From assembly GCA_950097015.1 (NCBI GenBank), contig CATNEN010000029.1:4774001-4838000 (forward strand): a stretch of DNA of 64,000 nucleotides. The letters run 5' to 3'. This DNA comes from Macrostomum hystrix (lineage: Eukaryota > Animalia > Platyhelminthes). This document shows positions 36,199 through 48,040 of this stretch, piece by piece. The notes beneath the pieces were generated by a model, which did no database searches, had not been told where the DNA came from, and saw only the letters and a list, made by a program, of their open reading frames with translations. Within the stretch, counting starts at the first letter, position 1. Each line of letters starts with the position of its first letter. A program made the translations under genes and the position numbers.

Positions 36199-38348
36199 AT
36201 GCAAAGCGTCAAGTGTGTGATAGTTGGCAACAGCCTATCTGGCAAGACATGCATGCTCGAAGCCTACGTCAATGGTTCAATGCCGAGGAGTTTCATTCCA
36301 ACTGTGTATAAGACCTACTCGACTACAGTTTGCGTTGAAAGTGAGTCGATCGAGTTAACTCTAGGCGACACTGGTGGGGCTGATGGTTACGATAGTCTCA
36401 GGTCGGTTGCCTATCCTCTGACGGATGTTTTTATCGTCTCCATCGATCTCACAAAGCCTAGTACTCAAGTGCTGGCCAGCGTGCGAGACAGATGGTACCC
36501 GGAGGTGAGACACTACTGCCCCAATGTACCTACCATCCTGGTCGGGACTAAACTCGACCAGCGCTGTAATCAAGACGTCATCGATGGCATGAATGAGCAT
36601 GATGAGACTCCTGTGACAACTGAGCAGTGCAACCAACTGGCCCAAGAAATCAAAGCAGTGAAATACATGGAGTGTTCCGCTAAAACACTGGAAGGCCTCA
36701 AGGAAGTTTTTGAAGAGGCAGTTCATGCCGGACTCGCTGCCAACAGACGAAAGGGGAAGAAGAAGAGACAGAAATACAACGAGTATGAACATTGTTCATT
36801 TTGAAGTACTTGAAAAGCTGGTTGCAACTAATTAACTTATTTGCCTTTATTAAGTTAGCAGTTAAGTTAAATTGAGCTCATCACCTGATTCCATCATGCA
36901 GAGATTCAATGAAGACATTCTTTCAATCGCTGTCCTCGGGCAGAAGACACTCGGAGAGTTCGATTAGGTGAGCCTCTTCAGGTAGCATCGTAAGTTCAGT
37001 TACGAAAATCTGAAAATTCGCAACTGCATTCGAAAAAACTTGCAGAACCACAGAGGACGGCAGCGCCGCCACCCAAGATCCCCAGGCTACATCGCCTCTG
37101 GGAGAATCTAGTGTAAAGTACGCAACTGAGTTGTCTCATTGCATCCAGTCGATCTATGTATGCAGCCGTCAAATACTAACTACTCGAGTTATAAACTATA
37201 TATTTGCAGATCGCCAACCTCAATCAAAGCTTTCTTTCGAGGTCTACGACCCGGAAAAACCTACAAGGTTTTAAGGTAAGCGGGGCTTGGCCCTGAACCT
37301 ATGTTTTAGCAATATTTTATTAGTAAAAAGAGGTAATAATCTAAGCACATTTCAAATACAATTTGCATGAGTATTGACAATTCATGCCAAATTTCAGACA
37401 AGCGAAATCTTTTGAAAAGTCTTATTCAATTCTGGGCGAATCGGGTCAATCAGGAGACCTCTCAGAGATTCCTGAAGCAATGGCTCAAAATGCAGGGTGA
37501 GCAGAGAAATTGTGCCGATAAAAAAATTTCCCCTTTCAATTTTCAAATGCGTTTAAAAATGCGCTGCTCAAATTGGATCCTATATTGGCTCTTGTTTGCC
37601 AATTTTTAGGACGCTAGAAATGCCAGGAAAGTTTGAAGAGCAGCCAACAATGACCTCAGCAAAAAGTAAGGAGAATCGTAATTCGGAAACGACCAGCGGA
37701 GAGTCAGATATAGAACATGGTGAATCAAAAGATTCGGATTGCATTATCAGCGAACCGGACCCAATCGTCTCGTTTCGAATCCCTGCAGTGGCCAAAGGCA
37801 ATGCACTGACTTTGAGAGTTCTCCTTCTAGGAGACCCTGCAGTGGGCAAGACTTGTCTGGTATCGGCATTTACAGAGGGCCGATGCCAACAGGATTATAT
37901 TCCGACTGAGGCTGACGACTGCTTCGCCTTGGAAGGCGCATTCGCGGACAATCAGTTGCGCCTCAAGCTGTGGGATGTGAGCTGCACCGAGATGTTCGAT
38001 AATTACAGACCTCTGAGATACCGACAGATGGACGTTTTTCTCCTCTGCTTTTCCATTGCCTGTCCGACCAGCTTTGAGAATGTGCGCACGAAATGGTACT
38101 CTGAGGTGAGGCGCCACTGTCCTGACTCTCCAATAGTGCTAGTTGGCACCAAGGCGGACCTACGGGACGACCAAGAGACGCTCGACAAGCTCAAGGAGAG
38201 TGGCCTTGCTGCCATAGGCGAGTCACAGGGCAAGGGAGCAGCTAAGGCGATCGGAGCTGCGAAGTATTTGGAGTGCTCAGCACTGAGTCGAAAGGGCATC
38301 TCAGACGTGTTCAAAGAGGCGGTACTGAAGGCCCGCAAGCCGTCTTGA
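36199..38348 (+). CDS. Predicted tandem Rho-Rho atypical GTPase (~541 aa)
   Basis: Exons 36199-36782, 36902-36967, 37046-37117, 37210-37275, 37398-37496, 37610-38348. All introns GT-AG and phase 2; internal exons 66/72/66/99 nt are stop-free. Domain 1: GNSLSGKT/DTGGA. Domain 2: GDPAVGKT/DVSCT. No CAAX. Confidence 0.75.
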
Positions 38349-38778
38349 TTGTTCGGATCCTTTTTTGATTTGAAATAATTAAATGAGTACTGAGATTAAG
38401 CTGTACATTTTCGCTTCGTTTTTTTCTCCGGATAAAGTTGTTTGATTTTTAGGAAAAGCGAAGTACATGCAAGGTATTTTGTACGGTACTTTTTTAATTG
38501 TCAACTTCTTTCAGAGTCATTTGTGTAAAAAGAATAGCCCGAGTCATATATCGAAAATTGAAGCTAAAATTTATCAGAATATAATAAATTCTGTCATTTT
38601 ATATGTAAATCAGCTCCACTAACTATCTCTAGCTACACTAAGGAGTAAAATTTCATAATGAGTATTCAGAATCATAATTGTTCAAGTTCGATACCCATTG
38701 GAGACAAAGGACACAGAACTCAAGCAAACTGAGTCACTTCTATTATTCTTTAAAGCAGTATTATTCAGCCGAAAAAGA

Positions 38779-39670
38779 CTTAAGACTGGACAGAATTTGA
38801 AATGGGATCTTAAGACTGGACAGAATTTGAAATGGGATCTTAAGACTGGACATAATTTGAAATGGGATCTTAAGAGTGGGCAGAATTTGAAATGGGATCT
38901 TAAGACTGGACAGAATTAGAAATGGGATCTTAAGACTGGACAGAATTTGAAATGGGATCTTAAGACTGGACAGAATTTGAAATGGGATCTTAAGAGTGGA
39001 CAGAATTTGAATTGGGATCTTAAGACTGCGCAGAATTTGAAATGGGATCTTAAGACTGGACAGAATTAGAAATGGGATCTTAAGACTGGACAGAATTAGA
39101 AATGGGATCTTAAGAGTGGACAGAATTTGAAATGGGATCTTAAGAGTGGACAGAATTTAAAATGGGATCTTAAGACTGGACATAATTTAAAATGGGATCT
39201 TAAGACTGGACAGAATTAGAAATGGGATCTTAAGACTGGACAGAATTAGAAATGGGATCTTAAGACTGGACATAGAATTTGAAATGGGATCTTAAGACTG
39301 GGCAGAATTTGAAATGGGAACTTAAGACTGGGCAGAATTTGAAATGGGATCTTAAGACTGGAAAGAATTTGAAATGGGATCTTAAGACTGGGCAGAATTT
39401 GAAATGGGATCTTAAGAGTGGATAGAATTTGAAATGGGATCTTAAGACTGGACATATAATTAGAAATGGGGTCTTAAGACTGGACATAGAATTTGAAATG
39501 GGATCTTAAGACTGGATAGAATTTGAAATGGGATCTTAAGACTGGACATATAATTAGAAATGGGGTCTTAAGACTGGACATATAATTTGAAATGGGGTCT
39601 TAAGACTGGACATAGAATTTGAAATGGGATCTTAAGACTGGACAGAATTAGAAATGGGATCTTTAGAGTG
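38779..39670. repeat. 30-32-bp tandem repeat (~29 copies)
   Basis: Unit CTTAAGACTGGACAGAATTTGAAATGGGAT, with 1-2-nt length variants in the right half. Confidence 0.95.
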
Positions 39671-39675
39671 GATTG

Positions 39676-39750
39676 AATTCTAGATGCCCCAAATGAATGT
39701 GGCCTCGCCGCGGAATCAAACTTCGGGACCTTGGATCCGGGTTCTTCCAC
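39676..39750 (-). mobile_element. SINE family B head fragment
   Basis: CCCCAAATGAATGTGGCCTCGCCGCGGAATCAAACTT matches 43177-43215. Confidence 0.7.
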
Positions 39751-40348
39751 AGTTATTCAACCAAAAGTATTTTTATTAAACGTTTTTGAGCCTGAATTCA
39801 ATGTAAATTAAATTTTAATTATTTTTGTTCTCGTGCACGTTTGACGAAAAAAGGAGAGGCCATTCTACTTAATACTCTTCTTGTCTTCTGTAATTTTGAA
39901 TCACAAAGTGCAAGCTGGCTGCTTTGAACTCGTTTCTGTTTCGGTGCTTTTTTAAAATGAATAGAATTTCGCTAAAGGCGCAGAGCCCACTAAAAGCCTA
40001 AATTAATAAAAAGAATGCAGCCAGGGCTGCTGCCTCAGCCCAACGGCCAGTGCGAGAAGCGATTTAGAGTCTAATATCATTGATATTGTCCACCGTAGCT
40101 AGCGACACGAATCGTTGGCAGAAAGATACGAAATGGGTGAAAACGTGCATCTCTTGCTTCTATCAAGCATTCGTTAAGCATTGTTTCTTTATCTAAAGAC
40201 TTTTTTCACGAATTTTTTTTCTCAATAAAGCAATGGTTTGTGCTTGGCCAAAGCATTTATAGCAAGTGAGAGGGTGGATGTAAAACAAGTAGGACGCGGG
40301 CCCAGTTGACAGATCATAGGCATTGACTACCAGGCCCACGACTGCATC

Positions 40349-43300
40349 ATGGAGTCAAGAAACATCATGTGCGTCATCGTAGGCGATAGTGAAGTGGGCA
40401 AGACCTGTCTAATCTCTTCTTATCTAAAAAATGGATTTCAAAGCCAGCACATCAGTACTGATTTTTTTGTTGCCCACCGATTCACTACGATTGTTGAAGA
40501 GACTACCTTTAAGTTAACACTATGGGACTCGCCAGGCGAGGAAGACTACTACAGGCACGTGCCAGCGAGCTACCCGCAGACTGACGTGCTGCTAATGTGC
40601 TTCTCAATTGACTCTAGAAGCAGCTTCGAGCACGTGCGGGACAAGTGGAATAAAGAGCTGCGTCGAAACTGCCCCAAAGCGCCAAAGATTCTAGTTGGAA
40701 CCAAACTGGACCTTCGGAGCGGTGGAGCTGCTGCCGGAAGTTTGATAAGCAAGCTGGAAGGATTGGAATTGTGCAAGAAAATGCGTGCAGACAGGTACAT
40801 TGAATGCTCAGCTCTGACTGAAAAGAATGTGAAGGAAGTCTTTGACGAGGCCATCTTCGCAACCGTTGGTGGACCATCAAGAGCGCCGGAGAAAAAGAGG
40901 TAAAAAGCACTTTTTCTCTGAATGAATGTTACAACAAAATTTTTATTTTGCCCACGCTTTTTCCATGCAGCAATTCGCCGCTTTCAAAGTTAAAGTCTAA
41001 AAAGTGGAAGAAGAACAAAGGGACTGATTGTTCAAGGTAACTTTTTCTATTCAAGTATTTGCCCCTGGCAGCATAGCACAATAAAAATATGTTATCCAGC
41101 ATTTTCACTTGACCCATTTCCAAATTTTAGTAATTTGTTCAGCAGCAGGGAAAATGTTGCCGATAGAAGTTACGTTGATCAGGGAATTGAGCCGTAAGTC
41201 TGTTTGGCTTAATTCTGTCTGAATTCTTTGTGAAGACTGCTATTCATTCCACTTTAGATGGTTGATGCTTGTCCCAACAGAGTCAGAATCTTCCAGTTCT
41301 TTATTTCTACAATTTTTGTTCTGTACTAGATCAATTTAGTGCAGAAAAGCCTTCCTGCAGAAAGACAGTCGACTCAGCCCTATTATTATAGACGCGAAAG
41401 AGCATATTTTACCTTGGTCTTGTATTGTTCACCCGCTAGCCCTAAATCGCACTAAAGACCCCGACTTCACTCAACAGTAGAAAGACCATGCTATTTCCTC
41501 CCCTGGGGAAAGATCACGGTGGGATTTCAAATGTTGAAAGCGCTCATTACCTATAGTTCCTTTTGTAAAAAACAATATTCTTTTTTGTAAAGGACCTTCT
41601 TTAAAAATTGATTTAATTCTCACATAAGGGAATATGACTGTGCCAATGAGCAACCACTTCGAGAGTCCACCGCTTTCATAAATAGATACGGCTACACGAA
41701 GCCAGATGTGAATCTGGTGCATGAACAGTGAGTATTCATTTAAATCGCAAAATTTTTCGTCCTAAGCAATGTATATTTCTTTTTTGTGTCAATTTATTCG
41801 CATACAGTGCCGATGAGGACGAATATTATGCGTATGATGAAATTAAAACGGTTTGGACGGTTCAGGCTACGGACAGTGAGCCGTTCCTGTCGCCATCGCC
41901 ACCGCAGCCTTTGACCCTACCTGCAGCACCTCAAGGTCCTGCACATTCTACATTACCCAGGTGAGTTTCGAGTTTGTATTCTAAAAAACCACTGATAAAG
42001 AAAAAAATCCTAAAATCCGGAAAATTACAAGTTAGGTTTTCACAGGATAAGTAAAAAACAATTCTCCGATTTAATCATTGAATTATTTTACGATTGTACA
42101 TTTAAATTTATCTTTTCGGTTTTGGTTTTAGTCCATTGCAAGACGTGAAAACGAACAATGAAGGAGCAGCTCGGCAGTACGAAAATTTGTGCTGGCTAAC
42201 TTCATCTAACGAAGTTGAGAGACCACCTCTACCTCAAAGGTATAATTTTGAGTGGAATCACAATGAAATAAAACGAAATATTTCGCGAAATTAACTTAAT
42301 TTTCATCATGCCTAGGGAGTCACTATCCTTTGACAGATCTAAAACAATCTTAGCTTCATTCTAGGCTTGCTACGGTCACGTCAGTTCTTGCTGCTTCGGA
42401 GGTAAAATGCGACAGAGCTGCAGCGGCATCATCTTCTGCAATGGCCCCAGTGTTGAATTATCAGACAACAGAGAATCCAGCTGATTCTGGAACCTATCAG
42501 CAGGAAATCATTGAAGCTCTACCACAATATGCAAGCAGGTAAATTAATTTTACCTGACAAACATTCTATCTACAATCTACTACATAGTGCTCGTAGTTTG
42601 TACAATGAGTATGGAAAAATTTTCAACCCAGCTCACTTTTATTCACTTACATTATTAGCGCTGACGTTTTTGAAACAGGCTTAATCTTTCATTTGAAACA
42701 AAATGTTGTTTTTAATAGCTCCCAACAAGGGTTCAAAAGTTAGGGCCAATCCAGTGCATGTCCCGATACGGGGGTATACGTACTGCGTACTGCACAGACA
42801 AGGATGTGTCAGACCCGTTCTTGAAAGCAATGGCGAGGCCGCGATCGTCGTAGACTTTGCCTCTCAGCAGCTCCTTTAATAATAATAATTCCTCGTAATT
42901 GCAGGAAGGCTGCGGCAAATTGGCACATCATTTGGTGACACTAGACCCGCAGCCAGCGAGGAGGCAATTCTGCCCATTTCGCTGACTCCTGAGCACACAC
43001 GCACACAGATACTTTACGCAGGCACACGCTCACACAGGTGTGTACATCTGCCCTGACTTTCTCATCGTCAGGCAGTGTCAAGAGTACACTTCAGTACACT
43101 TCACTGTGCCTTGGAGGTTGGCCCTCAAGGGCGTAAATTGCACGACAAGCCCCCAAGCCTTCTCTCCACGGCTGCGCCCCAAATAAATGTGGCCTCGCCG
43201 TGGAATCGAACTTAGAGACCGTGGTGCGAGAGGCAAACGCGATAACCGCTCTGCCATGCAGGTGGAGAATCGTACATAGTAGCTGTTGCGGCTCTGGGGG

Positions 43301-45858
43301 CATGGTTCCACTGCGTCGCGTTTTGACACTCTTCAGAGACGATCTGTAAAACTCCGAATTAAACAGCGTGTTTGCCTGAAAATAGTTCAACACCATTTAT
43401 GTACGAGCTATCTGTAGACTAAATCCGAGTTTGGTCGGCAGCAAGTTATAGACAACAAGCGTACATTCAAATAAACTGCAAATACTTTTTCATAAAAAAA
43501 ATTTTAGCCTGTCAGAAATTGACCACGAAAAAACAAAAGAGCAGGCAAAGAGGCTCGAGGCTGAGCAAGCAAAGCTGAAGCTTCTTGCCCTCGGTGATGA
43601 GGCGGTGGGCAAGACTTGTCTCCTCACTATGTACGCTGAAGGAAAATGTCCGTCAGAGTATGTGCCCACTGAGACGGACGACTGCTTGACGAAGGAAGCT
43701 CAAATCGATACAAGTACAATTACAATTGGCCTGTGGGACCTCAGTGGGTCAAAAGATTTTGACCATATGCGACCGGAGAACTACAAACTAACTGACGTGA
43801 TCCTCATGTGCTTCTCGATCGTCAGTCCCTCCACCTTTGAAAGTGTTCGCAACCGATGGCAACCGGAAGTGTCTCGCTATTGCCCCAACACTCCTGTTGT
43901 CCTGGTGGGCACCAAGGCTGACCTGCGCCATGACCAAAGCACGCAGGAGAAGTTGCGCGCCAAAAAGCTCACTCCAATATCCCACTTACAAGGAACAAAG
44001 CTAGCCAAAGACATCGGCGCCAAAATTTACGTTGAATGCTCCGCCTTCAGTAGGCAGCGACTCCAGACCGTCTTTGATGTGGCTCTGCAATTCGCTCTGG
44101 AAAGTCAGGAAAGTTCAAGGGAGCGAGCTTCAAATCCTGCCAATAGGTAAGCATTTTATGTAAAGTAAACAATAAGTTTTGAGCTAACGCTGAATTCACA
44201 AAGGCCTGTGACAGTCATAATGATAAAATGAAATTACAAGAGTAGGAGAGCAGTGACAGTAATATTGCAAGCTTGTCTGCGGATTGATTCAAATGAATGA
44301 TCTAGTTTTTCAGAATGTCCTTCAATCTTTCTGAATAGTCTTATTTTATATAAACGAATCCTCATAATCATACAAAAAGTAGAGTTACATAAAAGTTCGT
44401 CGAGTTCTATTATGAGTTCTATTATGTACTTAACTAGCCAACCTGATGCCTCTATCAACGATGACTACTACAACGACATTGATGATGACTGCGACAGTGC
44501 CAAAAACGTTGAAGACGTCGAAGATTATGACTACAAGGCTGTTGACTTTGGTGATTCTTTTGTCGAACAAAGTCATTCTAATGCTGCAAGCACAACTACG
44601 GGTACTTTAGAACGAAAGCCGGTGGTTCCTCCGCACCCGGTTCCAAAACCGCGCAGATTCTTCAGCCGAGAGACTACGGAAGACCAGCGAGGGATGAGCG
44701 ACGATTTGTCTTTGAGCATAGCACCACAGTCTGGTACAGCGCTTTTCGACGAGTTAGCAGACAACCGAGACTCGTAAGTTTGTAATCTGAAGGAAATTAA
44801 AACTGGCACTATTTGATTGTGATCCCTACATTTTTTATTGCGTATGGCTTTCCATTTCGATGCATTTACTAAGGCTTAACAAACCTTAACTAACTTCAGA
44901 CATGGTCGTGAGCAAGAAATAGCAGAATCGAATCTGACAAAAGCCTGGTCCTCCATGAAGCAGTTGTCAACAATCTTTCTGAATCGGTATGTTAATGCAT
45001 TTTTCTTTTATTTATGCAATTCGGCAGCACAACTCAATACTATTTCATTCTTCGCTGATCTAACTTAATAAATTCTATTTTTCACCCAGCTCGTGCTTCG
45101 CTAAAGAAATTTACCGAGTGACTTCACCTCAGGGATTCTGCCTAATCATTAATATAAAAAACTACATAGACTCTGTGAAGTTTGAGGAGCGACTGGGCTC
45201 GGAAATCGATGTGAAACGCGTGAAGGACACATTTAGCAAACTCAATTTCATAGTTCGAGTTCATGAAGATGTCAGCTGCAATTCATTGGCTACAGTCTTG
45301 AGTCTTGCTTCCATCTCTCCTGAGCTGTCAGATCACGGCTGTTTCGTCTGCTTCATCATGGCTCACGGTGCGAACTCGTTGATCTACGGAAGCGACGGCG
45401 TAGCCCTGGAGATTCAATCGATTACTGAACGGTTCCGAGGAAACCAGTGCGAAGGATTGCGCAACAAGCCGAAGCTCTTCTTCATTCAGGCGTGCCGCGG
45501 AATGGAAAACATTGACGAAGAAAGAGGTGTAACAATCGATCAGCAAGTCGCCGAAGAACTGGGTGCGCACTGCCCCAAGGACAGCGACTTTCTGCTGAGC
45601 TTTGCGACCCCGAGCGGTCAGGTTTCCCTGCGCAGAGAGAGCGAGGGATCGCCGTTCGTGCAAACTGTGTGCGATGTGATTGAGGAGCGATACAAGAGTG
45701 AGCACGTCATCGACATGCTGACCACTGCCAACGGACGCCTCAAAATGAACCCAATCTATAAAGGAGGCCTACAGATGTACGTGGTGTCTGAGACCCAGAC
45801 GAGACTATCTAAAAAGTGCTACTTGGATCCGGGCTTGGCATCGATGTTTCAAGAATGA
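40349..45858 (+). CDS. Predicted Rho-Rho-caspase fusion protein (~938 aa)
   Basis: Exons 40349-40899, 41808-41960, 42132-42239, 42365-42538, 43508-44146, 44438-44773, 44900-44986, 45090-45858. All introns GT-AG and phase 2; total 2817 nt open. Rho1: GDSEVGKT/DSPGE. Rho2: GDEAVGKT/DLSGS. Caspase: MAHG, QACRG, SLR. Confidence 0.85.
42872..43262 (-). mobile_element. tRNA-derived SINE family B, near full length (~390 bp)
   Basis: Box A TGGCAGAGCGG, box B AGTTCGATTCC, body, then (TAT)n tail at ~42875. Confidence 0.8.
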
Positions 45859-48040
45859 GGACTTGATAAAAGCGAAGAAAAATTAATGCCGGCCATAATT
45901 TTTTTCGATAACAAGCAGGTCACTCACGCTGACAGGTTTTTGGTTTTTTCCGATTTTGGATATTAGGATGTGAGTAATGTGAGTTAAAAACATTTTGTTT
46001 ATCTACTTTTAATAGTTATGTTTCTTAACACATTAAATGAACTAAATTATAATTAATTAAAAACACCGAATACACGCGAGCTCGCAGCTTTTCTTTTAAA
46101 CTGTGATCAACATAGAAGCTGATCAATCGATATCACTTTACAATCACCATGTGAAGAATCCACCAGAATAACAGTCAAAATATTACTTATATTGGCTCTG
46201 GTGTAGCTATAGCTACTGTTGGTCGCCAATTTGAAAGAAAGGAAAGTCTGATCAATAAAGTTGTCGAAAAAAGCAACGAGTAACCATGAACACGTACGTT
46301 TTTTCGGGCGAGTCATACTTTCTTTCTCATTGGTTAGACGCTTCGGTGTTTATTTATTTTTTCCTTAACATTCTCTGCATAAATATTGTTTTATTTTATG
46401 TATGGTAATGCTGAAGTAATTTTTAGCTTTCTTTTAAGTTCCAAAAAACTCAAATCCGTAACATGCAAGCGTATATGACTAGCACTTTGTCGCGTACCTC
46501 TTGAGTAAGACATACCTGTTCTACCCCACCCGCTATTTTTTTACTTCCATGCTTAAAAATCCACAATTAGAAACTTTTTTGTCAATTCTAGCATGCCTAG
46601 AAATTGAGACTCTTTTCTTTTCCGAAAGATAAATCGCTATTTTGGTTTAATTCTTACAAAAAAATATTTTGTGCTTTTCGAAATTGCTCTCACTTCGCCA
46701 AACGATATTTTCCGTTTTAAATACTACAGTTTTTTAACACTAAAAGTTGTCTATTACATATTCCTAAGCCATGAAAAGCAAAAATGCGTCCGAGAGTTTT
46801 TTCCTTAATATTTGTTTCTGCTTGCTTAAAATGTAGGTGTGTGTAACGGCATAAGTCAATCCAGTCAGGCCTGTCGCATTAGGGCAGTTTCGAACTGCTG
46901 ACTTACCACCCAGGCCCAGTAGGTGAACGGGCAGTCGCAAGGATGTTTGTCATCCGTCCGGGTTGTACGAGCGCATTTGTAAGGGAACTATAACGTGCAT
47001 CTGCCCCCAGCAGTAACTATCGCAAGTTCTTACTGTAAGTTCTGTGATGACTACAAATTGGTTTTAACCTGGGCAATATTTGCCAGAGTCCACCCTCATA
47101 CTAATCCGCGAGGGCAAATTTAAATTGTTCCTGCAACAATTAGAAAGACAATTATTTTTTGGAGCCTCATTCCTTATTTTTTCACTTGCTAAAGGGGAAA
47201 TTCAATGCCCACTGACTACTCTACGATAGCTGCCAAACAGAATCAACGATTTCATGAAAGTCCACCATCTGAATTCAAATTTTCCGCCCTTTACGATTAA
47301 CAAAATTTCAAGGCCGTCAGAGTCAGCATTGTTGAGGAATTCAGCGCTCTTGTCGTCGGAGACCCTGGTGACAAGAACAACTCAATTTCTCACTATTAAC
47401 CTCTATAGCGAATCCATATAGGTTTAAAAATGAAAAAATGATGAGCAATCCAAAGTAGTCAACAATGGTAGTTAACATGATTACATGATGAAGTTTTTGT
47501 GAGAAGAAAAATGATATGCATATATTTGTGGTTTTTGCCACCAGACACCCCGGCGAGAATCGTTGAATATCTCGACTTTGCCGATGTTTTGTGATTCTGA
47601 AAGTTGTTTCATCGGATGGAGCGAAAAATTGTAACCAGTCTTCTTGGATTTTCATGGCGATTGGTTGAACATTTTTAAAGATAAAGAAAATAAAAAAATA
47701 TGGTATTTGAAATGCACCTTCCAAGGTCTACTGTTAAGAGAAACATCCATGCACATCATGTACAGCTGGAATTATTGTAAATCAGTTATTTGCTTAAACC
47801 ACTTGAAGTTCCTGTAAGGCGATGGAAAACTGTGCACTAAGGCAATGGCGTGAAAAAAATGTTAGTTTTTATTTTTCAGACAGCTGAGATCCTATAGAAA
47901 ACGTTATACAATACAATACGTTATAATTGGAAAACACTTTAGACGGGATTAAGAAAGAAAGCTAAGAAAAAGCATGAAACTACGACGAGACTGAACCGGG
48001 TATTTCCCTATAAAGTAACTCTAATTGATTCTGATAATGG

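Noticed and set aside
42900-43060. Apparent relic caspase exon in intron 4 of the fusion gene
   Set aside because: The sequence shared with 34800-34915 is the SINE-B body and tail, not caspase sequence.
43040-43080. CTGACGA...GAAA on the minus strand suggesting a hammerhead ribozyme in SINE-B
   Set aside because: Only 3 nt lie between the motifs (no stem II) and stem I does not pair at the cleavage site; it is a simple hairpin.
47341-47724. 127-aa ORF with a faint resemblance to a transposase C-terminus (DWLQFF..RITKH..FSPG)
   Set aside because: Too weak to call without an HMM search; no TIRs seen.
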